Shown one piece after another: positions 37,335-51,465 of a stretch of DNA of 64,000 nt. Both the position numbers and the translations under genes were made by a program. Position 1 is the first letter of the stretch; every line of letters begins with the position of its first letter. This stretch comes from Squalus acanthias (taxonomy: Eukaryota), in assembly GCA_030390025.1 (NCBI GenBank), contig CM059434.1:104780001-104844000 (forward strand), written 5' to 3'. Below the pieces are notes generated by a model, which saw nothing but the letters and a program-made list of their open reading frames with translations, had not been told where the DNA came from and did not search any database.

Positions 37335-38575
37335 GGGGGCGATTTTTCCCAGATATGTTAGGTATTAAAGAACCTCCGAGGTGGCCAAGATGGGGTCTTA
37401 AGCTGCAATGCCGGTTTAGTCCGCGTTTAGTGTAAAACACCACCTTGGTAAAGGAGTTGAAGCACACGCTAAGAACGGCCGCCCGGAGGGTCATTAAGGG
37501 GCTGATTGACAATTAAATTGCCTGCTGGCGCTCATTAAAGAGGCTGCACAGCATTTTGGTGGGCAGCGCTTTAATTAACGACCTCTCCTAACAGCGACCA
37601 GAAGTCGTTGGTGAGGATTGCGAGGGCTGCTTAAAGCCATGCTCAGCTTTCACTGTTCACTTGCTGATTGAGATGGACTGACTACACTGTGTTTGAAGAG
37701 GATTTTTGAGACACATCGGGAGACTTTCTGGGACACTTATTCAAGACTTCACCAACACTTTATCAACATTTTTCCCAGAAATTCTCTCAGGACATCACCT
37801 AAAAAGAGTGAGTGCTGTGCTACTGAACCTTATTGGAGACCTTATAGGAGTCACCAGGAGAATGGGAGTGCTTGGTCATGGGCATCTTGCTAGGGGTCCC
37901 CCTTGGTCTGCATGAGGAATGGGAGGAGGAGATGAGGCCGGGCAGAGCAGCACCAGCTGCTGCAGGAGAGAGGGACAGGAGGGCGAGGCGGGCTCTCAGC
38001 TAGAGGCCCAATCCACCCAGGGTTTTCAGAGAGCAATACTCCTACATTCACATGACCCAAGACCAGTGCATGAGGAGGCTGTGCTTTATCAAAAAAGTCA
38101 TCATAGAGATTTGTGGAACAAAGACTCAGACGTCGCAGCACAGCCAGGCTTGCATTGCCTGTGGCAGTCAAGGTCACAGTAGCACTTAATTTTTATGTTA
38201 CTGGAACCTTCCAGGCTGCCACAGGTGATATAAGTCACATGTTACAATCCTCTGTGTATTTCTGCATAAGGGAGGTTGCAGCGGCTCTATACGGTCTGAG
38301 GGACGACTATATATCATTCCGTATTGCCAGCAAAGACCAGAGGCAGACTTTCAGTGGAAGTGGGTGACTGGAGGCTACATCTACTGCTCCAAGAAATTTA
38401 CTTCTAATCAGCGCTTGAGTGCTAAAGTGTGCAGGTGTCTGTTTTAGTGCCTGCAGGCACATTTAAATCATGGTAATCATCAATTAGCCCCAAACTGCAT
38501 GCTAAATCCACACTTTCAAACAGGCACAGCACCCATTTAGCACCTGTTTTCACCCTTTCACCAAAATAACCCCCC
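37335..38575 (+). mobile_element. Decayed Harbinger element with 5' transposase remnant
   Basis: Remnant at 37862-38340: PPRVFREQYSYIHM..CMRRLCF, ALPVAVKVTVALNFYVTGTFQAATGDIS; imperfect GGGGG..TTTT ends. Confidence 0.8.
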
Positions 38576-38749
38576 ACCCCACTGCCTTCTTTACAGCACC
38601 TTCTATGTTATTCTGAGTGTTTAACTGCCTCCTAATTGATGTTCACAGCAAATTAAGGGGATTGGTACTTCTCTGGTTAGATGAACCTCAGGGATGTTTT
38701 TTGGCCCTATACACTCTTATGGTTCTATGCTTTTCATTGGCTGGATTTC

Positions 38750-40862
38750 TGTGTGAGATACTTGGACTCTGTAGCACCCATTTTTTAGGCACTATGCGGC
38801 CGCCTAACGCTCGAAAATGGGGTCCGAGATACGCGTGCACACTTCCGATGGGAAGTGCGCGGGACGCCATCTTGATAAAGGGGTTTGCGTGCGAGCACCT
38901 AACCACCGCCAGTAGCATGCAGAGCAGGCAGATTATGATGTCAATCAGTGTGCAATGCTGAATTGATGCCAGCGCTGCCATTTTTGAACTCCACACTCCA
39001 GCTGAACACGACAGTAAACGGAATGAAGGAACCCCCACCAGCGCTATTTAAAGGGATCATGAACTACTTATAGGTTCGTTGCTGGATTATTTCTTCTGGC
39101 TACTGGTACAATTGTACGCATTTTTGGAGCTTTCCTACACTTGGCCAAAATTTGAAGGGAGTGTTCTGGCTGGTGCTGAAATACTTTTCTGTTCATTTAA
39201 AAGCTTGTGCTGAAACAAGTTGCTTCTAGACAAGGGCGGCCTGGTAGGCCTTCCACTGGGAATTGAGCATGATAGGGAGGATGACAAGATGTCACACAGA
39301 ACAGGATAAGCTGCTAGAAGAGGGAGGAGGAGGAAGGGGAGAAGGGCTCTCATCAGGAGGCCTTATCCACCGATGGTCATTAGGGAGTAATTCTCTTACC
39401 TCAACTTCAGCGAGGACCAATGTATGAGACATCTTCACTTCACAAAAGAGGTCGTGACTGAAATCTGCCAGCTGCTGCAACCACAACTGCAACTCCTCAT
39501 CTGATTCCTCTGCAGCAGAACTAGTGTGCAATCTCGTCCTGGCTCCTGTGCACTTGTGCCCGGTGTCTCACCACGTGCAGATCTCTCCTCTATCCTAGCC
39601 TCTAAAATACGCACAGTGTCAGTCTCTGAGCTGGTGGCTGTGAGTGTAAGGTCAAGTGACGGTGTCTCTTCATTTTCACTGTCTTCTTCCTCTCCTCCTC
39701 TGACTGGGAAGGTTCCAGTTCTTGGGTATCTGAAATGAAAAAGGGACAAGTGTTGGGTTGTGGTGAGGAGAGAGGAGAAATGCGTGCTTGCACCATCTGC
39801 AGCTCGTGGCTCAGAAGAGATTGCATGATGAAGAAGAAGTGGGGTGTGAAAAGGAGGATTAGGTATGCAGATATGCTCATCATTGATCCCTTCAGCCCTG
39901 CCAGTGGCCACAGCCTCAATGATGCCCCTTCCCATGATGGCCACCACTGTGTTCCTCCATTGGGGGTTAAAACGTGCAGGCACGCTTGTCCTCTTCCAGT
40001 TCTTTGCTGCTGCCTCCTGTTATGCGCCACCTTCTCCTGCAAGAAAGATGGAAGTGTGTCAGTGAGTGTCCTGCAATATATTTGGGTGTTATGGCTGTCA
40101 TGGCTGAATAGCTGCCAGTGTGTGTGAGCTGTGAGTTGCAGGTGTGAGGCTTGCAACAGTGCTAAGTGTGTGAGGGTGAGGTAAAGCATATGAATTGAAG
40201 GGTTGAGTACTGATTGATAGAGATTGTTGGCATGTGGATGAGGGGAGTGTGGAGAATTAAGCAGTGGATGAGGCTAGTGGTGCAGTAGGATATACCATTT
40301 GAAGATGAACTCACTCACCTTAACAACTCGTGTCAGATCATTAAACTTCTTCCTGCACTGCATCCATGTCCTTGGAGCAACACTCTTGGCATTGACCTCT
40401 GCCGCTACTTCTTCCCACTGCCTCCTGAGCATCTGTCTGGAGAGCCTCCTGCCCCTCTGTGGATGCAGGATGTCTCTCCTTCTTTCCACCTCTTGCACCA
40501 AGACCTCCAGGGCATTGTCAGAAAACCTTGGTGCTCGCTCTCTCGCATGCCCAGCCATTCCTCAAATTATCACAGCCCAGATTCACTTTTCAAAAACCTC
40601 CCCACCACTTCTTGCAGCCACAATCCACCTCCCCTTTAAGAGGAGCAGGCTGATTTAACTAGCGATAGCCACTCGTGATATCGGGCCACCTGCTGATGCG
40701 TGCAGTCAATGAACAGCACGGGGAGTACTGGCTGCACGCAGCAATCAATTACAACAGCACTCAGCAATTTAACATGCTGCCTGCAATGCAATAAGCGGGC
40801 GCGGGTTTCTCACGTACCGTGATCCCCACGCCCGTTTTTGAGCGTTAGCCAATTTAACCCCC
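38750..40862. mobile_element. Harbinger element with internal deletion (5' transposase on +, Myb gene on -)
   Basis: 39230-39493 encodes GGLVGLPLGIEH..FSYLNFSEDQC..FTKEVVTEICQLLQPQL; right TIR CCAATTTAACCCCC at 40862; left end approximate. Confidence 0.85.
39495..40558 (-). pseudogene. Harbinger Myb/SANT-like gene, three exons (40558-40319, 40036 to about 39877, 39729 to truncation)
   Basis: RERAPRFSDNALEVLV..WEEVAAEVN..RTWMQCRKKFNDL then AAG|GTGAGT; exon 2 EKVAHNRRQQQRTG has a frameshift. Confidence 0.88.
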
Positions 40863-43029
40863 ATATAGTCCACATTTTAGCCCATAGCAAAATCATTAGT
40901 AAAGTATGCTTTGCTAATTTCAAAAACTGTTAGTAATCCACAGTTAACCCTCAGCAGCAATTTCTAGGCTGTTTTTACACAAGCATCCCTTAGCCCCCAG
41001 TCTGTGCTTTGTTTGCAATCCCAATAGCATTGTTGTGGCTGTGAAAGTGAAAATAAACACTCCTCAAACTGGACTTTGGTGTATTTGACATGTATAGAAA
41101 ACATTATATCCATTGCATTTTATTTGTCAGCTTCTAAATATTATCCAGTTAAGAGTCGGAGCCTGCTGTACGATCTTTCTTATCGCAAGTACACAGACCT
41201 TATCCTTTGCTTACTTCATGCTTGCAGTAGCCTTTCCTATTCTATTACACTGCACATCACCAAGACAACAAACATATCGCCAACCTGACTTTAATGCAGT
41301 TGGCAGACAGCCTACTGGTAGATGGAGGAACAAAAACAATTCAGTGTTCAAAGAGCAATGAAAAACCAAAGTCAATTGAATTACTTTTAATTTTTATTTT
41401 GTTTATTTGATATTTTAATACTGTGTTTCTTTTGGAGATGTTGCTGTAAATATTTCACCTGGATGTGGATTGTGTTCATTGTAACTGAATGTATTCAAAG
41501 TGACTAAGAAATTCTAAGAACATGACCTGAAATTCGATGCATTGACTCCGGTTCCATTTGAGTAATGTGATATTGTTGTGAGTGGTGGAAATTTTGGAAT
41601 TAATCAGCTGTCATAGCTTGGGTGCCTTAATATGGGTACTGAAATGGAACCCAAGTGGCACAATACCCATACTTAATCAAGTCAGATGAGTTCCAGCTCG
41701 AAACAAGGATACTGGCACTAAACTGTATTCATTAAAGGAAATGCCAAAGGAAAAAATGAGTGCAGTCTGAAATACATTCAATGGCTTATAACTCTACCTC
41801 TAAAGAATAAAATGCTGTGTGCTTTTGGCATCAAATAGAGGAAAGGGTAGGTGGAAAACAGATTGAGTGAAATGAAATTTAAAAAGGCACAAATAACTGA
41901 ACTAACCCAATATTTGTAACTTCTCTACCGATGAATAAGAAATTGTTCACGTAATCTAATAGTTTCATTTTGGAATCATATAGAAAATATCCCCTTCCAT
42001 GGTTTCCCAAAGTGCATGTGCACTTAAGATTATTTTTACGTGTAAATATTTGTGAAATATTTCTGCATCGCTTGTGTACAAACTTTAGACTTCAGTTCCT
42101 CCTAGTCTAGGCTGTGCACATATACAACACGCATTACTGATAGGGCAAAATTTGGCACAGGGAATAAACTTTTGCATATTTAAACACACATGTGCATATT
42201 CAACATTGCTCTTGAACAAGCTAAAAGACAGATTTAAGAATTAGGTTGAAGTGCTTAGGTGAATTTCTTACTTTCTTCAGTAGCATTTGAAATTGTCTAT
42301 TTTCACTTACGTTGCAAAGCATTGAACCAACAAAGGTGTCGGATGTTACAGTTCCTGGTGTGACAACAATTTACAGCATTAGTCGTTAATTAGTGTTTAC
42401 GATACTGTATGCGTGACATCTGTGTCAATAAACTCTGCTGCTAAATTTGCATCTACCACAATAAAATTGCATCAAAAGATTATTTGAACATTTGAGTAAG
42501 CAAACATAATGTGGAAACTGACGTCAGTACATTAAGGAGTCATTGATCATTTTGCCTTCATCAGGTCAAAGGTATCGACAACATCATGTCATAATGTGCA
42601 GAGAGGCAGTAAAGTATGAACTCAATTCATCACATTTCAAAGTCAAGGACACTGCTTTCCCTGGAAATGTAAAACAGTTACTGAAATGAACATACATTTT
42701 TAGCAGCAAAAAGAACAAAAAAGATCTGTAATTAAGGATAAGGGATGAAGTAAATGAAAGGCTGTTGTAAAACTATCAAAATCTAGGAAATCAATAAATG
42801 AGGCAATGTATTTACTATAGTTCTATATAATACTGAGACCATAAGTAATTTAAAATGATATAATTATCAATTATTTGCTCAAACTATTCAATTCATGATT
42901 TATTCAATCATTTTACATGACTTCCTATCTCATGATACAAAAGGGAAAACATGAATAACAACTCACACTTACATAGCATCTGTTAAGTTAAAGAACTGCA
43001 AGGTACTTAAATAGAATGAGATGGAAATT

Positions 43030-43795
43030 ACATAGAAACATAGAAGATAGGAGCAGGTGTAGGCCATTCAGCCCCTCGAGCTTGCTCCGCCATTTAATGA
43101 GATCATGGCTGATCATGCAAATTCAGTACCCTGTCCCTGCTTTCTCCCCATATCCCTTGATCCCTTTAGCCTTAAGAAATATATCTAACTCCTTCTTGAA
43201 TATATTTAATGAATTGGCCTCAACTGCCTTTTGTGGTAGAGAATTCCACAGGTTCACCACTCTCTGGGTGAAGAAATTCCTCCTCATCTCAGTCCTAAAT
43301 GGCTTACCCCTTATCCTTAGACTGTGACCCCTGGTTCTGGACTCCCCCACCATCGGGAACATCCTTCCTGCATCCAGTCTGTCTAGTCCTGTTAGAATTT
43401 TATAAGTTTCAATGAGATCCCTTCTCATTCTTCTAAACTCCAGCGAATATAAGCCCAATCGACCCAATCTCTCCTCATACGTCATTCCTGCCATCCCAGG
43501 TATCAGTCTGGTGAATCTTCGCTGCACTCCCTCCATGGCAAGAACATCCTTCCTCAGATAAGGCGACCAAAACTGCACACGATACTCAAGGTGTGGTCTC
43601 ACCAAGGCCCTGTACAACTGTAGCAAGACATCGTTGCTCCTGTACTCGATTGCCTTCTTAACCGCCTGCTGCACCTGCATGCTTACCTTCAGCGACTGGT
43701 GTACAAGGACACCCAGGTCTCGTTGCACTTCCCCTTTTCCCAATCTATTGCCGTTCAGATAATAATCTGCCTTCCTGTTTTTGCCACCAAATTGC
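43030..43795 (-). mobile_element. CR1 3' fragment, same subfamily as 1501-2040
   Basis: ORF 43123-43821 has a nearly identical C-terminus to ORF 1565-1936; small internal deletion (KKA|IEYRS). Confidence 0.95.
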
Positions 43796-44089
43796 ACCAT
43801 AGAAACAGGCCATTTGGTCAAAGCAGCCGTGTTGGTGTTTATCCTCTCGTAGCCCTAATCCCAGGTGCCCACCCTATTCCCACATCCCTTTATCCCCCTT
43901 TCTCTGAACCACCTATTTAAACTATTCTTAAAAGTTGATGTGATCGTGCTTCAATCTAAGCTGTGTAGTGCACAGTGTAAATCACAGCCTCATGATCCTC
44001 TGTGTAAAAAGGTTTCTCCTGCACTCTGTCCTCAGTCTCTCTACCTCTACGTCTTCACAAATAGGCATAATGAAAATAGAGGCCGAGTC

Positions 44090-44720
44090 GGGTAAGAATA
44101 GATTAGAAGAAGTGACCAAAGACTATGAGGTTTTTAAAGATGGAGAGAGGTGCAGAGATGGAAAGGTTTAGGGAGGGAGTTCCAAAGAGTAGAACCGAGG
44201 CAATTAAAGGCTCTGTCACCAATGGTGGGGGGAGGGTGCACAGAAGGCTGGATTCAAGGGAATGAAGCATTCAGGCGGGCATTTAGGGCAAAATGAGATT
44301 CCAGAGGTGGAGGTAGGGACAAGCCCATGGAGGGATTTGTAGATGAGGACAAAGATTTTGAATTGAGTGAATTTGGGATGGGGAGCTAGTGTCGGTCAGC
44401 GTGGATAGGAGCAGGACTTAGTGCAGAACAGGAAACATGTGACAGAGTTTTGGATACGTTGGATTTTGCTCAAGGGTGGAAGATGGGAGGCCAGCGGTTT
44501 CTGTAACGAGCGGGCGATCTGGAATGCCAATTATATGCCCAGGTGGCAAGTTGAAACTGTATCCCAGTGTTAGAGTCGTCAAGTTGAGGATGAACAAGAT
44601 GTGTGGTTTAAAGCCCAGGTCATGGTTGAACAGGATGCCAAGATTGTAAATGGACTGATTCAGCTTGACCAAGTGGCCAGGAGGGGGCTGGAGTCAATGG
44701 CAAGGGAGCAGAATTTGTAG
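44090..44720 (-). mobile_element. L2 LINE 3' remnant
   Basis: Minus peptide NLGILFNHDLGFKPHI and an L2-type 3' region. Confidence 0.65.
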
Positions 44721-44739
44721 AATTGGCCAAAGATAATTT

Positions 44740-45775
44740 TTTTTAAATGTATTCATTCACAGGATGTGGGCATTGCTGGCAAGGGCAGCATTTATTGACC
44801 ATCACTAATTGCTCTTCAGAAGGTGGTGATGAGTCACCTTCTTGAACTGCTGCAGTCCATGTGGTGAAGGTACTCCCACAGTGCTATCAGGGAGGGAGTT
44901 CCAGGATTTTGACCCAGTGACGATGAAGGAATGGTGATATATATCCAAGTCAGGATGGTGTGTGACTTGAAGGGGAACTTGGAGGTGGTGGTGTCCCCAT
45001 GCACCTGCTGCCCTTGTCCTTCTAGGTGGTAGAGGTCGCGGGTTTGGGAGCTGCTGTCGAAGAAGCCTTGATGAGTTGCTGCAGTGCATCTTGCAGATGG
45101 TACACACTGCAGTCACGTTGCACTGGTGGTGGAGGGAGTGAATGTTTAAGGTGGTGGATGGGGTGTCGATCAAGCGGGCTGCTTTGTCCTGGATGGTGTT
45201 GAGCTTCTTGAGTGTTGTTGGAGCTGCACTCATCAAGGCAAGTGTAGAATATTCCATCACACTCTTTACTTGTGCCTTGTAGGTGGTGGAAAGACTCTGG
45301 GGAGTCAGGAGATGAATCACTCACCGCAGAATACCCAGCCTCTGACCTGCTCTTGTAGCCACAGTATTTATGTGGCTGGTCCAGTTAAATATCTGGTCAA
45401 TGGTGACCCCCCAGGATGTTGATAGTGGGGGATTCGATGATGGTATTGCCATTGAATGTCAAGGGGAGGCGGTTGGATTCTCTCTTGTTGGAGATGGTCA
45501 TTACCTGGCACTTGTATGGCGCGAATGTTACTTGCCACTTATCAGCCCCAGCCTGGATGTTGTCCAGCTCTTGCTGCATGCAGGCACGGACTGCTTCATT
45601 ATCTGAGGAATTGCGAATGGAACTGAACATTGTGCAATCATCGGCGAACATCCCCACTTCTGACCTTATGATCAAGGGAAGGTCATTGATGAAGCAGCTG
45701 AAGATGGTTGGGCCTAGGACACTGCCCTGAGGAACTCCTGCAGTGATGTCCCGGAGCTGAGATGACTTTGACCTT
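44740..45775 (-). mobile_element. CR1/L2-superfamily LINE 3' fragment
   Basis: GVPQGSVLGPTIFSCFINDLP, MFADDCT, YKAQVKSVMEYS; tail caataaatgctg..ccttgccagc..cccacatcc..gaatgaat. Confidence 0.92.
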
Positions 45776-46115
45776 TCCAATGTTAAACTGGAGGAAGTTA
45801 TGACTCAACCAGAAATTGATGTCAAACAAGCAGTCAAAGTAGTTGATTGGTCGAAAGAAGTGATGGAGAGGTAGACTGCAGTGTCACCGTTATGCAAGTG
45901 AAAGGTGTCCCCGCGTCTTCAGATGATGCTGCTGAAAAGCAACATGTAAATAAGGAAGAGGAGGGTTCCAAGGATGGATCCTTTGAAGAAGTGCAGAGGA
46001 GGTAAAATGTTATCAATTTGCTGGCTATGTTTGAATTAAACCATTGAGCTGAACAACAGAGGAGAGGCTTTGGAGGAGGATGGCATATATATCACCAATA
46101 TATAATAACGCTATG

Positions 46116-46755
46116 GCCTGGACTTTCCTGAAACAAGGTAACCTGCAAATTGCGTCAAAAATTGGCACTTTTTTCCAGCAATGGTTTGATGGCTTTACAC
46201 TTTAATTTTCATGCATAAAATGTCCTTAGAATTGTCATTAGCTTCCGCCAGAACGTAAAATTCCGCATAAAACAAGTGGAAATCAGCGTAAGCAATTGAG
46301 GCCCAAGGAAAGTGCCATATTCGTTCATCAGCTCCCTCTTTATGCACAAAAATTAAAGTTTAAAGCCATCAAACCATCTTTTATGAACATTAGGCATGCA
46401 AGGATGTTTTTCAATTTTTAATGCAAATCATTATTATGCCATAAAAATGCATTCAAAGATACAGAAAATACATTTCAGGACTCAATGAGGAGAAAACAAA
46501 GAAATCGCTGAAAAAAAATTGCCAAATCTTAGGCATAAATTTAAAGCCCATGCATAACAGGCGTAAATTCAGGACATTTGCGTGAGCTGAAGATTTTGGT
46601 GGAAGTTTTGTTAAATTAGCGGAAATTTCAGCATAGCACAAAAACAGAAGTCAATCACTTTTGAATTTCGAATTTCCTCGATCTTTTGTGCCGGAAATTG
46701 GCACTAAGCTGTAATGATGCTGTGTTTTGGGGGAAATTTACAGAAATTTCCAGGA
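46116..46755. mobile_element. Old putative MITE
   Basis: Imperfect TIRs GCCTGGACTTTCCTG / CAGAAATTTCCAGGA, ATG on both flanks. Confidence 0.45.
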
Positions 46756-47819
46756 ATGCATAAAGTAGGAAATGCACTACTAGCAAGTTTAATAAGTATC
46801 ATGGGCCAATATTGTTTTTGAAAGAAGTTGTTCTGCTGAAATACTTGATCTTTAAATCCTTACAGAAATAAAGAGCTTATGTAAGCTTCTGAAGTGGCTA
46901 AGCTAGAGCCATGGAGTTCATTTTGGCTCCCATTGAAATTTTCATTGGCTTCAGGACTGTAGCAGAGGGCGGTTGGCCTAAATCAGTAAAACTCAACCCC
47001 TAGAGCTAAGTTGCTGATCAGTTTGGATTCTATGCTACTCAACAGACTTGTACAAATGCCCTTTCCAATTTATGGTCCTTTCTTGTAAGGATGACAAGGG
47101 ACATTTTAACAAAGACTGTGATTAATCAGTGGCATATAGAGGGGCTTAACTGAGCAGCATATTGTACAACAATCCACTTCACCAGGGTGGCAGGATGCGG
47201 GCTCACACCCACATATCCCCACAAGTTCCCAGTCTCAATCAAAGCCATCAATGGAAGCAACAAATGGATACACAGCTAAACCCTGCAGAGCAGAACAGAA
47301 CAGAAATTCAGAGGATGTGCCAACCAGTGCATTTCCTAATATCTGTCTCTCTGAATTGGCAGAAGATTTGGTCTGGTTGCCTAATAATGCGTCTTGCTGG
47401 AGAGATTCGGTAAACTTATGATGAATTGAATTAGTGTGCTCATGTTTGCAGTATTCTAATGCTACTTCATAGAACACTGTGTGAGCCAACAGCTCTGCAT
47501 AAGCAAGAGCAAAGGAACCTTAAAATAATCTTCTTATAAACTGATAGTGCCGTGAAGAATTCTGCAAAATGCTAACTCATCTGCATGTATATTATCAAGA
47601 ATGTAGATCAGTCCAGTGGCTTGAAGTAATGGCACTGGCATCCAGAATCACTACGTGCATTATGGGTTCTTAAGGTTTCCAGGATTATAAATGCTGTGGC
47701 CTAGATTTTCCAGTCGGGTTATATCATTTCCATCACAGAAAGTAAGGCCTAGGCAGCTGAAGGCAATGACTGTCAATAGTGGGGCGAAGTGGGGTCGGGG
47801 GGAGGGGGGGAGGAAGCAC

Positions 47820-49815
47820 AAGGGGACAGAGATTGAGGGTGAAAGGCTGTAGGGCTGGAGACATTTACAAAGGTAAGGAGGGGTGAGGCCATGAAAGAAT
47901 TTAAAGATAAAGATGAGAATTTTAAATTTGTTGGGGACTGGTAGTCAATGTTGGTCAGGAAGAACAGGACTGATGGGCTAGTGAGTCTTGATTCAGAATA
48001 GAATACGAGCAGCAGAGTTTTAGATGTGCTAAAATGTATGGAGCGTGAAGTACAGGAGGCTAGCCATTGGAATAATTGAGTATGGAGGTAACAAAAGCAT
48101 GAATGAGGGTTTCATCAACAGATGGGCTGAGGTAGGAGTGGAGGCAAGCAGTATTATGGAGGTGGAAGCAAATGGTCTTTGTGTTGCTGAGGGTATGGGT
48201 TTGGAAGCTCAGACTGGATATCAGACAAGCAATCTGAGAACACAGAGACAGTGGAGGGGTCAAGAGAGGTGTTGGAGAGGTAGAGCTATGTGTCATCAGC
48301 GTACATGTGGAGGTTGACCCAATGCTTGCAGATGATACTGCCAAGGGCTTGTAGATGAGGAACAGAAGGGGGCCAATGATAGATCTTTGAGTGACTCCAG
48401 AGGTAATGTCATGGAGCAGGAAGAAAAGCCATTGTTGGAGATGCTGTAGCTACGATTGGATAGGTAAGAGTGGAACCAAGCGAGGGCAGTCCCACTGAGC
48501 TGGACAATGGAGGAAGATGATGTCATCGGCCATGTCAAAGAACGCAGTGAGGACGAGGAGGACAAGGAGGAATAATACACCATGGTCACAGTCATAAAGG
48601 ATCACATTGGTGACTTTGGCTGGAGACATTCTGGTGCTGTGGCAGGGGCGGAAACCTGAATGGAGCGAATCAAACAGTGTTGCAGGAAAGATGGGTATTG
48701 ATTTTGGAGGAAACAAGGCGGTAGATATTTGTCTGGCCCGTTCCCGTGCCCAGACTTGGCGCGGTGCGACCAGTGTGTGCAGGCCTGAGAATTGATGGAA
48801 ATTGGTCCTTAGGCCTCATTAGCACACTCTGGCGCTGACCGCACCTCTGCAGGCAGCTCGTCCGAGCGAAGACATCAATGTCAGGCCGTCTGCCTCGCTG
48901 GCAGCAGGCCCTCAGGTAAGTCTCGAGAGGGGGGAATGGAGCAGGCTACGGGAGTCGATCACCTGCTGTGGAGTTGGAGCACCACTCCTGCGCCTCCTGG
49001 CTTCACAGGATGGTTTTTTGTAAATTTACAATTCTTTTTATTACTTTCCTCTAGTTGGCGGCCGTGGGAGCCACTGAAGAACCCTGAGTGGGCAGGCCCA
49101 ACACCTGCCCGGCTCATCCCCAACAAATTTTCAACAGAAGTCCTTTAACAGGTGTTAGGCCCCTAATTTATATTTTTAAGGTGCCTAATACCTTAAATGC
49201 ATCCACCCAGGAAGCCTTATAAAGTGCCCCATAAATTTACCAGTGGGGCCAACACCTACACAGATTGGGCACAGGTCATCCTACTGCTACATAGGTAAGC
49301 CTTGTGCCCATTTTACGCCCAAAAGACAGGTGTAACGCAAACCAATTTCTACCGCAATACGTTCAAGGACTTTGGAGATGAAAGGACTTGGAAATGGCAT
49401 GGCAGTTTGCAAGTAAGAGGGGGCAAAGTTGTTTTTTTTGAGGAGCAGGGTGATGATTGCAGATTTGAAAGGGAGAGGGACAGTACCTGAGGAAATGGAA
49501 CCATTTACAATGCCAGCTAGAATGGGAACCAGAAAGGGATGTTGGGTGCTCAGCTGTTTAGTGGTAATGGGTCAAGGGAGCTTGAGGTGGGTCTCATGGT
49601 TGAGATGAGCTTGGATTGGGCATGAGGGAAATAGGAGAGAAACGAAAGAGAGAGACATGGCTTCAGAGCTCAGGCAGGGGTGAGGGCCAGGGGTAAGGCT
49701 TGGCTTGATGGACAAGGGGAAGGGGGCAGCAGCTAGGCAGCTGAACAAATTGTCTCAATTTTGGTGACAAAGAAGTCCATGAGCTCCTCGCACTTGTTGT
49801 CGGAGGTGAGAGTGT
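47820..49815 (-). mobile_element. L2 LINE remnant interrupted by a MITE
   Basis: Minus peptides SGFRPCHST..KVTNVIL, LSGTALAWFHSYLSNRS, ETLIHAFVTSILNYSN. Confidence 0.85.
48718..49355. mobile_element. Harbinger-type MITE inserted in L2
   Basis: TIRs GCGGTAGATATT / AATTTCTACCGC; L2 sequence resumes immediately after. Confidence 0.75.
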
Positions 49816-50019
49816 CCCTCTAATTTTTTTTTGTACTGAGCGGGCTACAACCTCCTTTGAGCGCGACCTTTTCGCCCGTGACCAACTTTTAAAACAACAA
49901 CAACAACTTTTACAACAACAGCTTTTACAACAACGACAGCAACAGCAACCACTTCAAAGCATAAATACAGTAATGCCATATTGCCACCCCACCGTCTCAA
50001 GTCATGAGACAATCAGACA

Positions 50020-50305
50020 AGGTTCTATACAAGTTTAACATAACTTCTCTGCTTTTGAATTCTATTCCTCTAGAAATGAATGCCACTGCTTTATTTGCAC
50101 TTTTATGGCTTTTTTAATCTGCGTTGCTACTTTTAATGATTTGTGAATCTATACCCCTCGATCCCTTTGCACCTCTATCCCATTTAGATTCTTATTTTCC
50201 AAGGAGTAGGTCACCTCCTTATTTCTCCTACCAAAATGCACCACCTCACACTTATCTATATTGAAATTAATTTGTCATTTACATGCCCATTCTGCAAGTT
50301 TGTTT
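50020..50305 (-). mobile_element. CR1 fragment (subfamily of 34590-35308)
   Basis: Reverse-complement similarity to 34600-34740 (tttctagagg.atagaatt.aaaag..gaagttatg). Confidence 0.75.
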
Positions 50306-51101
50306 ATGGTAGAATTAATTGAAAGCTTTTAGTTCATCATGTACAAACTCTATTTTTAACAAGTGACTTGTGAGAAATGACTGGAATATAAAAGAACTGC
50401 ATAATAATGCATAATAATGCATTAACACTTCAGAAACATCACTCAGTTACACAGTTATGCATCGACAAACAATCCAAAAGCCCAAGTTGAGCTGAAAGAG
50501 GCATATCTATTCGTGCAATTTGTATTAATTTTAAAGTTTTCAACGTATTAGCCTTTCCCTCATGTCACAGGAGCAGCGGCTTTCCAATGGCGCTGACGTG
50601 CTGTACGTCCACATAAGTAATTAGAATATTAATCACAATGCAACCAGACAACCAACAAATATAAAGTGCTGTAGTTCTTTAGTTCACAGTATTAAAAGAA
50701 TTGAACAAGAATGGGTATCCATATTTCCAACTTCAATCACTTCCATTAAAAAACATGGTCTTCTTGAACCAGCGCACCCCCCATGTAACATGTCAGAAAT
50801 GCAGCACTTATTCACAAGTGCAGAAAAACACATACACAATTTACGTCTCCGAATTAAAAACAAAAAGCAGGAAAAGCTATGATTTAACAGAAATAAACAT
50901 TCCTCTTTCTTCCTGGACAGGAGAACCAATCAGACTGACTTGGAAATGTTTACTAATATGTTGACGTAAAGATGCAAATTTCGCTTCTAATGTTTTTCTC
51001 TCAAAAATTCTCCACAATATTAATCCCTGCTCGTATCACGAAAAGTGTTGAATTATTTTAGGTACTTCCCAATTAAATAGTGGGAAACAAACTTCATTGT
51101 A

Positions 51102-51465
51102 CAGGAAACTCTTTATTAACCGGCACCCAAATATCCGGAAATCTCTCTTAACCGGCAAAATTCTTGAGTAGGTAACCGGGGTTTTCCTTCATCTCTCGTT
51201 TAAAATTAACTTTAAAAAAAACCCCGAGGCGTTTGCCTTGTATCGGAGCGTGTAGATTGGGAGGGGAATGTGCAGCCCGGGTAGGCAGCGGACACGACAG
51301 ATGGTCAGCTGGCGGTTCCCGGGGAGACGGAGCTCCGAATGCAGGCGCATGTCAATGTGTACGGGGCTCTCGTACGTTGGGAGATATTACTCTCCATTAT
51401 CCGGACTTTTTGATTAACCGGCACCACGCCGGTCCCGTCGGTGCCGGTTAATAAAGAGTTTCCTG
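51102..51465. mobile_element. Tc1/mariner (pogo/Tigger-like) MITE, 364 bp
   Basis: Perfect 26-bp TIRs CAGGAAACTCTTTATTAACCGGCACC, TA TSD, internal TTAACCGGCA subterminal repeats. Confidence 0.92.

Noticed and set aside
49810-49950. Possible hAT terminus (gagtgtccctctaatttt) followed by (CAA)n
   Set aside because: No matching second TIR or 8-bp TSD found.
50684-50964. Short open frames after an acceptor-like site
   Set aside because: No recognisable domain; compatible with chance in AT-rich DNA.
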